Positions 12,204 to 25,660 of a DNA stretch of 64,000 nt are shown here, piece by piece (position 1 is the stretch's first letter; every line of letters begins with the position of its first letter). The translations under genes and the position numbers were made by a program. The DNA comes from Lytechinus variegatus (Eukaryota). Location: assembly GCF_018143015.1 (NCBI RefSeq), contig NC_054751.1:28513438-28577437 (forward strand), read 5' to 3'. The notes under the pieces are model-generated. The model saw only the letters and a list, made by a program, of their open reading frames with translations, had not been told where the DNA came from and made no database searches.

Positions 12204-13239
12204 GTAAGTTCTGGGCCCTGGTGTCAGTGGTGGGTGTTTTGTAAAGCTGTTATGAGAGACTTTACGAACGACTGGTGATCCTTTCTTAGGAACTAAATCA
12301 ATGCCAATGGAAATTTGAAAGAAAGGATTATCACTTTTTCGTAAACTCATTTGTAACTTTATTATCCGTTTTACTAAACTTAATAGGTTTCATGACATTT
12401 GCTCTGGGGACAATTGCTCCACTGCAAATTCTGCTCATTAATGGAATGTCTGCTCAGTTAAAATGCAAAACAGATCGCTTTAGAAAAAGTACAATACCAT
12501 ATTTCATTGATTTACTAAATTCTAAATAAATTTTTCTTTTCATATACCCTTGAAATCAACTCAAATGTTTGCCATTGTTTTAGTCTCCATTTCAATCCAA
12601 TTGATATTTGAATTTTTCATTGTCTAATATTCATCACTTTTTAATATTGCATTTCTTTTTTCGTTCTATTTTATTATATTTAATGAATTTTTATGTACAA
12701 ATTTATTTATCATCTATGTACATTGTAAATTGTAATTGTTTGTTTTTATCCATGACTTGTGAACGTTTTATTGCAAACATGTTAATTTCAGCCTTCTGGC
12801 TTTGTAACATGTATTGTTTTTTATACGAAATAAACCATGATTGAATTGAATTGAATTGAATCCCTGGATTTAACACTACGCCCAATCCTCATCCTAACAT
12901 AAGACCCTATTGCAACCCTAACCCTATATCTTTTATGAAATAAAGACCGGAGCAACTGTCGCCGCAGCAAATGTCTTGTCACCGTTTAATATGTCATATT
13001 AGGGTATTTGATTATTGCTATCAGATTTGGTATCCCGATATTTTAAAGCTGTGAAAATAGTCTTTAAATCATCTTGCATGAATAATTGTCCAGCACACAT
13101 TCAACAAGACAAGTATGGATGGGATTTCAGTGGCTCTATTTGATACTGGAAAGCATCTTGTACATTTAACATGTCCCATTGCATATATCTGTACAAGTCT
13201 GTTTAAATATGTGTGATGATATTTCTTTGTTGTTCGTAG

Positions 13240-13332
13240 AAAATCAATTCCAAAAATGCTTTTGGGCTCCACCTGATTGACTACATGGCAGAGCTTCTGA
13301 AATCAAAGAAAGGAGAGATGACAAACTTTCAG
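13240..13332 (+). CDS. NCAPH: NCAPH exon 3 ([31 protein letters not shown])
   Basis: Acceptor ttcgtag| and donor |gtcagt. Strong match to human [27 protein letters not shown]. Confidence 0.9.
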
Positions 13333-13344
13333 GTCAGTACTACC

Positions 13345-13760
13345 TTTTACTGGTAAATTGCCAATTCGTCTACCGCCAACTCGTCCACTCACCATATGGT
13401 CTACCTTCATTTTAGTCTAATGCTGTATGTCCAACAACATTTTGTCTGTCAACCTTTTGGTCCAATGACCATTTGGTCCAATAATCACTTTGTCTAATCA
13501 CCAGTTCATCTATGACCATTTCGTCCAATGACCAGTTGGTCTAATACCCATCTTCTTTTCATTTATTTTGCACAATCTTAACACTTAGTCCACTTAGACC
13601 AAATGGTATGTGGACTAAATGGCTATTGGACCAGCTGGTTATTAGAAGGAATGGTATTAGACTAAATGAAAGTAGACCATATGGTGAGTGGACGAACTGA
13701 TGGTAGACCAAATGATATTAGACGAGTTGGCAATTGGACGAATTGGCATTAGACGAATCG
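13345..13760. repeat. Large imperfect foldback (hairpin) element starting 13 bp after the exon 3 donor, with internal ggtccaatgaccatttggtc repeats
   Basis: Left arm aattgccaattcgtctaccgccaactcgtccactcaccatatggtctacc is reverse-complemented at 13680-13760. Confidence 0.6.
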
Positions 13761-13808
13761 GAAATAAACCCCTTCTACTATTGATTTGTCCTCCAATACT
13801 TGATATAT

Positions 13809-14025
13809 GGCAGTGTAATGGTCTAGTGGTTATGACTCATCTTTAAATCAAAGGGGGCATGAGTTCAAATCCAAGCCATGTTGTGTTTTCCTTCAGCAAG
13901 AAATTTACTCACATAGTGCGACACTCAACCCAGGCAAGGTGAATGGGTACCCAGCAGGATTAATTTTGTGAATGCACTGAGCGCTGGAAGGCAGATCGAA
14001 CTAAAGTTGGGGTCTTTATTTGAAA
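13809..14025 (+). mobile_element. tRNA-derived SINE, full-length copy (tRNA-like head GGCAGTGTAATGGTCTAGTGGTTATGA...GAGTTCAAATCC; body ttccttcagcaagaaa...gtgaatgggtaccc)
   Basis: Head with D- and T-arm-like boxes but no pairing acceptor stem. The same family occurs at 30578-30800 (-), 38168-38335 (-) and 57195-57340 (+). Confidence 0.6.
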
Positions 14026-15249
14026 AAATAAAATGATAGCGAGTCTCGGAATAGATTATTTCTAGAAAGACGGCGCTATTTGACTGGCGCTATCAAAACC
14101 AGGTTGATGTCGGCCATTAGCGAAATTGAGGGGTTTTTTTGGTATGGTTTTAAAGGGTAGTTTGTCCTGTTTCATTTGGTACGAAGTGTATTGAAAATCG
14201 GATTTCCGGTAACAAAGTTATGATTCATTATTGATAATAAGGTTGCGGATAAAACAACAGATATTCGCAATTAAAGTTTTGACTCACTCGCCATAACTGT
14301 TTCAGACAACATCCTCCCATTAACTCCTTAGCAACGCAATCATAAGTTTCTCACATCTTTCCAAAAATTGAGCTGGGCCATATATATACTTCAATTAATA
14401 AAAAAAAATGAAATCAGTTTGATTTTAATTATCAAAAATATGAATGATTTTAACAAAATAAAACAAGAGAAAATATGGGGAAAAAAGAAAAAAAGTGAAG
14501 ACATGTCTTCAGCTAAGTTTTCACACATTCATAGTTAAATGTTATGGAAAATGTAAATATCATCTGAAAGTTGAGGAAGTTCCTCTTTCCACACATCATA
14601 ATCTCAATTTGAACCATGAGGTCAAATTTGGACCTTTTGGGGTGATTTGCAGGGAATAGTATCCTCCGACATCCGCCTGGTTTAGTTGGAGCCATATAAA
14701 TATATATAAATGCCTATTATTATAACTAGCAGCAATTACCCGTGGCAGCACAGGGGGTAGGAGTCATTTTTCTTTATCAAAGTGTGTGGGGGGAGGGGAG
14801 GGGGTGACATTCTTGTATGTACAGCTAGACTGCCTATTTACACTGAAAGCCGAGCAGTTTATTGATGAAATATATTTAGACAACTGATTTATAGCAGACT
14901 TCTCTTTCAATATAGATAGGAGGTTCAATTAAGTTAAGCATCTTGGGTTGAACTGGAGGAAGAACTTCAATAATCATTACAGAGTGAAATCCAAATCTAA
15001 CTAAAAAATGGAAAAATGTATTAGAACACGGTGTATTCAGTAAGCAGTCAAGAGGCAATTATTGTGATATAGAAATGTTATGATTACATGTATTGGGTCG
15101 GAAATAAATATGTAAGTACATTGCACATGTACCTTACAATGCACATTAGACTGCAGATGTTTGTACTTTTTAAATTAAAGGTTGCTCAATCATATATAAG
15201 TATAGCAGGATGTCGAAAAGAAGTGAGAGTGAGAGAAAGGGGGGGGGGG

Positions 15250-15500
15250 GTGATAAAATGAGTGAGACAGAAACAGTGGTGGGAAAAATGAGTCAGACAG
15301 ACAGTGAGGAAAATGAGAGACAGAGAATGGGAAAAATGAGAGACAGAGGGGAAAATGAATGACAGAGAGACAGAGGGGAAAATGAATGAGAGAGAGAGAT
15401 AGTGGGGAAAATGAGTGAGACAGTGGGAAAATCAGAGAGAGAGATGAAGAGAGAGATAGAGAAATTAAAGAATACAAAAGAGCGAGATAGAGAGAGAGAG
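15250..15500. repeat. Imperfect purine-rich tandem repeat (gggaaaatgagtgagacagag units)
   Basis: Repeating gaaaatga.tgagacaga units. A poly-G run at 15240-15250 precedes it. Confidence 0.7.
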
Positions 15501-17221
15501 AAAAGGTTTTAGATGTTAATTGTGATAAAAAGATAAGATTTGTATGGCTTACATGGGCATTTTAATTTTTTTTTAGAGGTTTTAGATATCTTTTTTTTAC
15601 TGGTGTATCAAATAATTATGCATTGAAATAATTGATAAAAATCTTAGAAAGTACACTGTAAATGTAGTATGGAATTATTGTGTCTTTTAAAAGTTATATG
15701 GGCATCTTCACTGATTATAATTTCATTCAAATAAATAACAATATTGATACGTGTATGTTAGATTATGTCTTTTTTCAGAAAAATATGTTAATTAAAGGCA
15801 AGATATGCTACAACAGTATACAGATGAAAAGATCATAATATTTGAGATGGCATAATGCATAAGGTCCCGTATGTCTGTTATACACGGTATTGGCTGTTGA
15901 AGCGATAAACCATTTTTACACTGAATTATTCATATCTACATTTTTAATAAACATCTACATATGTACAACAGAGTTTTGTAGAATACATGTCAAACAAAAT
16001 ATGTGTAGCAAAAAAATGCCAGTGTTGCCAATTTGCAGAAGAAAATCTGATCAAATTTGCCTTTATTTAAATAAAAGGGTTAATAGCAAATCTATTTAAG
16101 ACAATTTTAATTTTGGGTTTTGGAACTTAGCACTGAGTTGATTATCTGACTCAACCAAACAACTTCATCATATGTTGGAATTTAGATTTACTGCGGCATC
16201 AATCATTCAATATAAATATTACATTTTACGTCAAAATACTAACCATGCACTGTTCAACTGTGTACAACAGAGCACTGGCACAGTTTGATTTTGGAGCGTT
16301 GAGTAGCAGGTAGCCCAATCTGTTAAAATATAGGATTAAATACAAAGGATGTGTTAATGAAACTGGGCAGAAACATTAGATGTAGACCCTCACCCCCCAG
16401 CAATCCCCCAGTCAACACTTGTTTTCAAAAAGCCAAGTCAGTCAGTTCTGTGTGACAACTGCTCACAATTTGTACGGTAACCACTGAGGACATCGGCCGA
16501 TTACGGTATGTTTACGTTTCAGCAGCGCTACACACATGCAGCCAGCGCATGAGTGTAAGTACGTACCGTATACCGTGCTTTGTATTTCGCTGACCCGAGA
16601 GAGGTAAAAGGGACTGGGAATTTCGAAGCTATACTCAGGGCGGCGAAAAGGAATGCCAAAAAGTTACGAATTGTAAAAAAACTTTAAATAATGCGACCAA
16701 AATACCACGAACAACCCCCCTCATGACAATCTGTGAACAATTTAACCATGTTTAGAAAAAATTCCAGCTCGATTGAGTGGAAAACCACAGAGAAAAGCTG
16801 CTTCAAACAAACGGAAGGACACACAAGATTAGCCAAATTATAGTAAGGATGCTTGTCAGTGTCCCTAGCAATTGACCATGATGGGCCATTTCTGCTCACA
16901 CTTACAAAGGTCTGAAGAGAATACAAGATTATCTTTGGATTGATAGAGTGTGTTTTGCCTGCTGCATTGTGGGAGTCATAGTGAGTATAAGTACGTTCAT
17001 GAACATGAAGAAGGCTCTCAGACTGATCTGATATCAAAATCTGATCTGTCGCTCAGAAATAGATTTTGAGAAAAGAACAATGGGTCTGGATTAACAAAAG
17101 AAACAACTATGAATATCATTCAATTATCTACAAAATAAATACAACTTATTTTTAAACATGGGAAAATATAGTTCTTTGCTTGATATTAAAATGATGTTTC
17201 CTAACTGTTTTCTGTTATTAG

Positions 17222-17336
17222 GTTGCGAGTTGCACCCTCGATGCCAGCGCTAAGATCTATGCAGGCAGAGTGGATGCTATTCACGCTGAGACATACAAGA
17301 TGCTGGGAGGACTCGGACATGACAGGCAGAACAAAC
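17222..17336 (+). CDS. NCAPH: NCAPH exon 4 ([38 protein letters not shown]), ends in phase 1
   Basis: Acceptor ttattag| and donor |gtaaga. Matches human [32 protein letters not shown]. Confidence 0.9.
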
Positions 17337-17915
17337 GTAAGAAATAATAATAACGACTAGTTGTTCAGCGCTTGTATCATTGACAGTGATGTGCTCTTGT
17401 GGTGTTGATATTAGGGAGCTTTGTCTTTCTCCTCCATGATAGGAATCTTCTGATTTTAACTGCTGATGGACAGGGAGGGAAGCCCAGGGTCAAGAGAGAG
17501 AATTCTGTGTCATGAGCTTCATTGTGAAATCTGATGCTCCTTATTGTCATATTGACAATCATCTACACAAACCCTACAATAGGGTTGGTCAATTCATTTG
17601 TTCTATTTTTATAGGAATGATATGAAAGGGCTTGTAGATCTATTTTTATACGAAGATTTAATATTTTTGGGACACACGTGTCTTCTAACAATATGGACAA
17701 TGTTTTATTGCACCATTTGCCAGTTGTGAAAAAAAAAAATTAAATTGTAGATATTGTCTGAAAATTAAGAATGGTTGGAAATTGAAGTAAGCTGGTGATA
17801 GTAGGGTCATTCGGGTTACAGGAAACAAACCTTTTTTTTTTATTCGATCTGCTGTTATTTTGGTATTAGTGTCTTGACCCTATTTTCCTTTTTTTCTGTC
17901 TTTCTAATATGATAG

Positions 17916-17977
17916 AATCAGAAGGAGACGCAGAAGGAGAAGGACCGGATGCTAATGACGGGAAAAAGAAGAAAAGA
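17916..17977 (+). CDS. NCAPH: NCAPH exon 5 (QSEGDAEGEGPDANDGKKKKR), acidic/lysine-rich linker
   Basis: Acceptor tatgatag| and donor |gtgagt. Phase fits (1 in, 0 out). Low-complexity region aligns with the human KK..KPKKK stretch. Confidence 0.7.
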
Positions 17978-18849
17978 GTGAGTAGTACTGACTTGCGTCC
18001 ATTGGGACAATGGGGATTTCTCGCAAACCAAAAATAAGGAATAGGTTTGGAGACTTCTCATAGAAAGTATATTATTAATGTTATAATGTAATTTCTTACA
18101 GTTGTTTTAAAGGTAGATCTTATGACAGTGATTGGCTAAGAGCCCAAATGAATATAATTATTATCAATTGCTTATTGACTATGGGGATTTTAGGTGTTGT
18201 TGGAAGGTGGTGTTGAATCCTATTTACTAAAATGAGTGTCATGTTTTACAATTTACACGTAATATCCATATTGGCACACACCAAAACCCCAGGGTGTCGG
18301 GAAATTCAGGATTTCAACTAAGCCTGAGTCATATCGATTATTTTGAAAACCGGTGTTCGACAGCTCTAATTCGATCAAACATCAGTGCATCGAATATTGA
18401 AGGCAGGGAAAATTTAGTCTTGTTTTTGCGTCGATGCGATGCGCTTTGCATATGCACTACGCACTGACGGTATATGCGCTGGCATTGGCCGGGTGAGCGT
18501 TGCACAAGCAGATGACAGCAAAGTTCGTTTGTATTTTCCATGATCACAAAACACAAAAAAAAAGGCCGGGGACCAAAGCAGAATTCTTCCCAAAATATCT
18601 TCAACAATGATATTTGCAGATGAAAACATATAAGTTTAATATGAAACAATAATAAAGACATGAATCACGCTGAGTTGATCCGAATGATTTTCGGTCAACT
18701 AGCATTCGCAGTCCATTCACCAGCCCCGTTTGCAGCTAGCTAGCTAGCTCCGTACACTCACTCTCCCGAAACGACAGGCGTGCTTGACGTCAGCGCCAGC
18801 AAACAAGTGCAATCAACGGAGAGCGCGTAACTTGCCTGAGATTGTGTAG

Positions 18850-19900
18850 TTGGATCCAAAATGAGCTCCAAATAAATTTATGGGAATAAATACGTAATTT
18901 TCTCTGGATGGTCATTTGAATTGCTATTCAATGCTGATATAACGATTGTGAGGAAAGATTGTGGAATATGAGTTATGACGATGTTCGAGAATTAATCCTG
19001 ATAATGACAATCCAGTTTTTTAGACGCAATTGAGCATGCGATCAAAATAAATACGAATGTTTCGAATCGAGCCCTAAATTCATCTAAATTATTACGATTT
19101 AACAAGATTTTATGGTCATACTAAGAATATTGACGATGTCAGCAAAGTATGTTATGTTCATATGGAAGAATTAATACTGGCCTGATTATTTCTATTGTTA
19201 TTCCATCTCTGGACGTCTCCTCCATCCAAGCTCCGAGAAAATAAGCACAATGCGCATGCGTGTTCGATGACGTATGACATATTTTCCCATTCGTGAAATC
19301 AGAGCCCAAAGTTGGGCACAAACTAGCTTCAAATTGATGGAAAAAAATCAAACGCAATTTTCTCTGTTTTGTCATGTAAAATGTTATTATATGGTGATAT
19401 TACGAACTTGAACAGAGTTTTTGCATGTAGACAATGTTCGAGAATCAATCCTGATGTGATGATTATTTTTTTTAGGCAAGTGCACTAGCTCGATGTCAAG
19501 TCGATCGTCATGAGATGTCCGCCATTGAAAATTGAAACGAAATACAAACGTTCACATCAAGCTCTAAATTCATATTAATGATTATCATATGCAAATTATT
19601 GTTAAATATTACGATTAAATAATGTTCTATGGTCATGATATTAATATTGTTCATGAAAGCAAGATTTATTTTACGTTGATCGCGTCAATTTCCGGCCATT
19701 TTCTGGTTTGATTAAAGAACAGTACTGCGCATGCACGATTGATGGCCATGACTTCCATTCATGAATTCATCGTGCATGAATTATCTCGGCACGAGCAGAC
19801 GAGTAAGACTCGAACTATGATCGAAATAAACTTCAAATTAATGGTGAATAGCATCATAATTACTCAATCGGTTTCATTTGGGGGGCAATAGAAATCAAGT
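18850..19900 (+). repeat. Three diverged tandem copies of an approximately 480-bp unit in NCAPH intron 5, each containing GCGCATGCG-type palindromes
   Basis: Shared segments gatgttcgagaat.aatcctgat..., gcgatcaaaataaatacgaatgtttcgaatcgagccctaaattcat, ttctatggtcat.a.taa.tattg. Confidence 0.5.
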
Positions 19901-20164
19901 AAGTAGTAGTAAAGTTGGACATTACTGATATTTTGATGATTGATTGTGTAAACCAAACGGATCGGCCGGCGGCCGGCCGACGTATTTTCTTTTTTTTCGA
20001 TGCACCGATTTTGCAAAATCTGCACCGGTGTTCGATGACATCGATCGAACACCGATTCTAAAATCGATTCGACTTACGCTTAATTTCAACTTGATTTGTT
20101 GTTTACGTTGGTAGTTTTTATTTGAATGAAACTGAATGATGATCAACCTACTTTATTCTTTTAG

Positions 20165-20236
20165 GCCCGTCATTCTAACACAGTGGAGACCAACCTGAAG
20201 AACATCAATGTGACTAAACTGGACCTTGGATTTGAG
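20165..20236 (+). CDS. NCAPH: NCAPH exon 6 (ARHSNTVETNLKNINVTKLDLGFE)
   Basis: Acceptor tcttttag| and donor |gtatgt. Matches human HLHRTIEQNINNLNVSEADRKCEID. Confidence 0.85.
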
Positions 20237-20719
20237 GTATGTGCATCGTTGACCTCAGCATAGGAAATACACACTGGCAACAGGCAATTCCACCCTCACG
20301 GCAGTCAAAATGGCCTTTGAAAAATTTGGAAGGTGGATGCTTTTGGGCAACCATCTTTTGAAAGTTACCCCAAGATCTGCTATGTACAAACAATATTCAA
20401 GAACATTTATAAAATCAATATCCTACATCACCAGTAGCAAAATGAGACATGCTTTTACAGCATGATTGCTCATTGAGCAATAAGAAGAGCCTTTAGAATG
20501 AAATAAATAGCTCCCCAAATTCAGCAATTGCGCCTATGTGGCAAACAAAAATCGCCTGTAAAATAAAAAAAAATCCTTATCCAGGAAAGCCTTTCATCAA
20601 CATTTTCATCTGACAAGTTGTCAGGTCTGACCATTTTCCTTGATAATGATTGGATGAGAGTCACTGTTACCATAGTAACTGTCGGAGCAGTAGCATTGTT
20701 ATTACTTTTGGAGTTTGTT

Positions 20720-21850
20720 TTTATTGTCTCACCTGCGAAGCAAAGTGAGACTATAGGCGCCGCTTTTCCGACGGCGACGGCGGCGGCGTCAACATCAAAT
20801 CTTAACCTGAGGTTAAGTTTTTGAAATGATGTCATAACTTAGAAAGTATATGGACCTAGTTCATGAAACTTGGCCATAAGGTTAATCAAGTATTACTGAA
20901 CATCCTTTTAGAGTTTCATGTCACATGACCAAGGTCAAAGGTCATTTAGGGTCGATGAACTTAGACCATGTTGGAGGAATCAACATCGAAATCTTAACCT
21001 GAGGTTAAGTTTTTGAAATGTCATCATAACTTAGAAAATATATGGACCTAGTTCATGAAACCTGGACATAAGGTTAATCAAGTATCACTAAACATCCTGC
21101 ATGAGTTTCACGTCACATGACCAAGGTCAAAGGTCATTTAGGGTCAATGAACTTTGGCTGAATTGGGGATATCTGTTGAATTCCCATCATAACTTTGAAA
21201 GTTTATGGATCTGATTAATGAAACTTGGACATAATAGTAATCAAGCATCACTGAACATTTTGTGCAAGTTTCAGGTCTCATGATTAAGGTCAAAGGTCAT
21301 TTAGGGTCAATGAACTTTGGCCAAATCAGGGGTATCTGTTGAATTACCATCATAACTTTGAAAGTTTATTGGTCTAGTTCATTGAACTTGGACATTAGAG
21401 TAATCAAGTATCACTGAACATCCTGTGCTCATTTCAGGTCACATGACCAAGGTCAAAGGTCAATGAACTTTGGCCGAATTGGGTGTATCTGTTGAATTAC
21501 CATCATAACTTTGAATGTTTATGGATCTGATTCATGAAACTTGTACATAAGAGTAATCAAGTATCACTGAACATCCTGTGTGAGTTTCAGGTCACATGAT
21601 CAAGGTCAAAGGTCATGTAAGGTCAATGAACTTTGGCCATGTTGGGGTTTTTTGTTGAATAACCATCATATCTCTGTAAGTTTATTGGTCTAGTTCATAA
21701 AAAGTGGTCTAGTTCATTAAACTTGGACATAAGAGTAACCATGTATCACTGAACATCTTGTGCGAGTTAGAGTAGTATTCATAGTCAGCACTGCTGCTAT
21801 ATTGAACTGCGTGATGCAGGTGAGACGGCCAGAGGCATTCCACTTGTTGT
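20720..21850 (+). mobile_element. TIR-bounded non-autonomous element, copy A (TIRs GTCTCACCTGC...GCAGGTGAGAC). Carries about 6 tandem satellite units of 160-190 bp, each with an AGGTCAAAGGTCA motif.
   Basis: Near-identical to copy B at 22395-23510. Internal tandem periodicity shown by repeating ...catgaaacttggacataa...caaggtcaaaggtcatttagggtcaatgaactttggcc... Confidence 0.65.
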
Positions 21851-21970
21851 GATAAGTTGTTAAAATTTTCTGTTCATTTAATTTTGATTAATTATATTAC
21901 AAAAATTTAACAGCTAATTTGATACCCAACATGTCTTTCTCGTACTCTTGTGCTTTTCCCATGCTTACAG

Positions 21971-22166
21971 CCCGACCCACTTTTCCAGCGAACCTCGGCA
22001 GCTTTCGACGAGGGCGGGTCCTTCGGTCTCCTCCTCAACCACCTCCAATGCCGAGACGACGGCTGTGAGCTGCTCCTCGATTCTAATACGATCATCAATA
22101 ACGAGGAGGAACCATCAAAATCAGAGAAAGGCATACAGACCATGGTTGACATGAGTGAAATAACAG
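21971..22166 (+). CDS. NCAPH: NCAPH exon 7 ([36 protein letters not shown]...VDMSEIT), 196 nt, ends in phase 1
   Basis: Acceptor tgcttacag| and donor |gtaatg. Matches human [34 protein letters not shown]. Confidence 0.9.
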
Positions 22167-22394
22167 GTAATGCAAGATTAAAGATAAACACCAGTGGTAG
22201 CAACAACCTCAAAATGAGTTCGAACAGAGTCCAATTAAAATATTACTTAAGTGTTTGTATGTATGAATAAAAAAAATATGTGCCAAATATCTCTGGAAGA
22301 ACATGCGTCATTTCTGAGACATTAGCACAATAAGCACAGAATTCCATCAAATGTCTGGTATTTTCCAAGAAATATTAATAAACAGTCCCACATA

Positions 22395-23510
22395 TGCTTT
22401 TTGTCTCACCTGCGAAGCAAAGTGAGACTATAGGCGCCGCTTTTCCGGCGGCGGCGGCGTCAACATCAAATCTTAACCTGAGGTTAAGTTTTTGAAATGA
22501 TGTCATAACTTAGAAAGTATATGGACCTAGTTAATAAAACTTGGCCATAATGTTAATCAAGTATTACTGAACATCCTATTAGAGTTTCATGTCACATGGC
22601 CAAGGTCAAAGGTCATTTAGGGTCAATGAACTTAGACCATGTTGGAGGAATCAACATCGAAATCTTAACCTGAGGTTAAGTTTTTGAAATGTCATCATAA
22701 CTTAGAAAATATATGGACCTAGTTCATGAAACTTGGACATAAGGTTAATCAAGTATCACTGAACATCCTGCATGAGTTTCATGTCACATGACCAAGGTCA
22801 AAGGTCATTTAGGGTCAATGAACTTTGGCCGAATTGGGGATATCTGTTGAATTCCCATCATAACTTTGAAAGTTTATGGATCTGATTCATGAAACTTGGA
22901 CATAATAATAATCAAGCATCACTGAAAATTCTGTGCAAGTTTCAGGTCTCATGATTAAGGTAAAAGGTCATTTTGGGTCAATGAACTTTGGCCGAATCAG
23001 GGGTATCTGTTGAATTACCATCATAACTTTGAAAGTTTGTTGGTCTAGTTCATTAAACTTGGACATTAGAGTAATCAAGTATCACTGAACATCCTGTGCG
23101 TGTTTCAGGTCACATGACCAAGGTCAAAGGTCAATGAACTTTGGCCGAATTGGGTGTATCTGTTGAATTACCATCATAACTTTGAAAGTTTATGGATCTG
23201 ATTCATGAAACTTGTACATAAGAGTAATCAAGTATCACTGAACATCCTGTTCGAGTTTCAGGTCACATGATCAAGGTCAAAGGTCATGTAAGGTCAATGA
23301 ACTTTGGCCATGTTGGGGTTTTTTGTTGAATAACCATCATATCTCTGTAAGTTTATTGGTCTAGTTCATAAAAAAGGGAAATAAGAGTAACCATGTATCA
23401 CTGAACATCTTGTGCGAGTTAGAGTAGTATTCAAAGTGAGCACTGCAGCTATATTGAACCGCGTGATGCAGGTGAGACGGCCAGAGGCATTCCACTTGAT
23501 TGTGTTAGTC
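22395..23510 (+). mobile_element. Same element family, copy B, in direct orientation with copy A. The two copies flank NCAPH exon 7.
   Basis: Same start (tgtctcacctgcgaagcaaagtgagactataggcgccgc) and same end (gcaggtgagacggccagaggcattccacttg) as copy A. Confidence 0.65.
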
Positions 23511-24623
23511 ATCATCAGAATATGGGTTTTGAGCCAAGATTTTATGATTTCACAAGTTTGCATAACTGTACCAGATCAAGATATATGATACTATGGTGAC
23601 AATTAACCTTGATTTAAAAGACTTTTTCATGAAATAATTGTTTGCTGCAACTACTTCTTTACCTTTATTGCTAAAAAGACTAGATTATATTGGCTATTTT
23701 TGACATTACGAAAATTTCCTGTTTGATTCTCGACCTCACTTCGGACTGCAAACTGCGGTCGCATACCCTGTTTTGCGTTTGCAAATCTCAAACAACTTTT
23801 CCAACCCCGATAAACCCATCTTGGCCAGGTAATCCCCTTGTCTCGATTTCACCACCACGGGCCAGCTAAACGAGCGTTGGGCCAAGGACGAAATGATAAA
23901 CAACAGCTGTGCTATTACGTAAGACTTGTCTGCCTGTAGAAGGATCTTCGGAATGAAATTATTGTATTCGATATTAATCACGTTTTCAAAGGTATATTAC
24001 ATTCAGACATCCAATACTAGTCCATTTTCAATTTCGAACGAAGAAAATCGACCTCGAAATAAGGAAAGTATGCGGAATAAAAATTACGGTATGCTTAGCA
24101 TGCAAGGACCGCGATGCATCCCATCTAGTTTCTGTCCGTACAGCAAGAAAATATGGGATGCATGCCGTTCACTCGCGCAACGATACAGTCTTAACGAAAG
24201 AAAGGAAGGAAGGAAGGAAGAGAGAGAGAAAGAAAGAAAGGAAGAAAAAAGTTTCTATCAACGCGTGTATACATGGAACTCCATGCACTCAACAGAATGC
24301 AATCCATCGTGTGTGGCCCCCTGCTGTGACCGTTGATGCTGGGGTGTATTATCTTTGGACCGAGGTCAAGAAACAGGTGTTTCTATACTTAAATTTCATG
24401 CTTGAGGGCAATAGGGTTTTGAGAAGAGATTTGATGATAAGGGAAACTTGGGGTATACTGCTCTTAAACGCAAAATTTTCATCATGAAGTGTTTAGTATT
24501 GGAAGGCATGATCGCTCCCTTCTGATCTTGGTGACTGTTCACGCGATTACATCAAAAGTTTGAGTGCACATTCCCTACAGCATAAATTACGAGCCTGCAT
24601 AAAAAAAAAATGTCCGAAATGAT

Positions 24624-25660
24624 TACCGTAAGTAACGGTGTATTAACCGCACCTTTTTCTCGGCGGGGTAGAAGCAAAAGTCGGGGGTGCGGTTTATACA
24701 CGGTGACGGGTCTGAGCCAGCCCGCCGTAACACCTCCCGTACATGTACGATGTCTGCCAGTTCACAACACATCGAGTGGCCGGGCGTAGCCGCCCAGGCA
24801 ATGTCGTTTAGAGGGGTATGAGCCGCGGGTAATGGGAAGCGATTATTGCAATATTAATTAAATGTTGTCCATAACAAATGCACCCACCTTCATGACACTA
24901 ATTTTGACTTTATTCTCGATTCAAAGTAGTGAAGTTCCCTGGCTAATTTAAAAGAGACGCCAAGCATACTCGGTAATATTTTGTCACCGCTGAGCGAGAG
25001 TTGAGTGAGCTTAGAGATTGCGTTGTAATGTGGTTATATTGCGACTTAAGCTGGCACTATTCAAAGTCCCGTTTCGCGCCAGCTTGTTTTTTCCTTCCTG
25101 TTTGCTTTTCATAAGATACCATGTAAACCACGCACGAGAGAGACGGCACGAAGCCGTAAAAAACAACTGGAAAAAATGCCAATATCTTTGTTTCTTGAAC
25201 CTTCCTATGATCCCGTATCCAGAATTCATGCTAAGACATCAAATTTCTGAAAGTGATTGTGAGATTGTGATGCAAGAAATGTGAATGTTTCTTCCTCCTA
25301 CGCTGGGAAAGACACAGATCATAATTTGATAAGATGTACTGGCATGACTGGTACTGTATCGTAGTTTGCAATGTAATGGCAGTGCTGTGTGTACACTGTG
25401 ACTGTGAGGTGAGCGAGTGTGTAAGTTGCCAATATTGTCGGGACCATTTTTTCTTTCTAACATTTGTAGATGAATTGATCAAGAACAGCATATTTCTGCA
25501 TACCGCTAATCTCTTTGGATACTTTGAAATCTTAAAAACTTAGATTTTGTTTCTTCGTACCTCAAATATGTATGTAAATGTGAGAAGATTTTTTTTTTTT
25601 TTTAGTCCAAAGTTGGGGGTGCGGTTAATACACGGGTGCGGTTAATACACCGTTACTTAC
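24624..25660. mobile_element. About 1-kb TIR-bounded non-autonomous element (TIR TACCGTAAGTAACGGTGTATTAACCGCACC) in intron 7
   Basis: 30-bp inverted repeats at 24626-24658 and 25623-25655. Internal ORFs of 90 aa or less without recognisable domains. Confidence 0.5.

Noticed and set aside
12895-12915. Telomere-like aaccctaaccctat
   Set aside because: It is less than two units long and interstitial. It is a chance occurrence or a tiny relic.
3318-14025. tRNA-like sequences at 3318-3395 (-) and 13809-13885 (+)
   Set aside because: They have D- and T-arm-like boxes, but the acceptor stems do not pair and 3' ends are missing. I treat them as SINE heads or tRNA pseudogenes, not tRNA genes.
20520-23510. 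Regular approximately 160-190-bp repeats that could superficially suggest a CRISPR-like array
   Set aside because: This is a eukaryotic context with contiguous satellite units and no unique spacers. The units sit inside TIR-bounded elements. This is not a CRISPR array.
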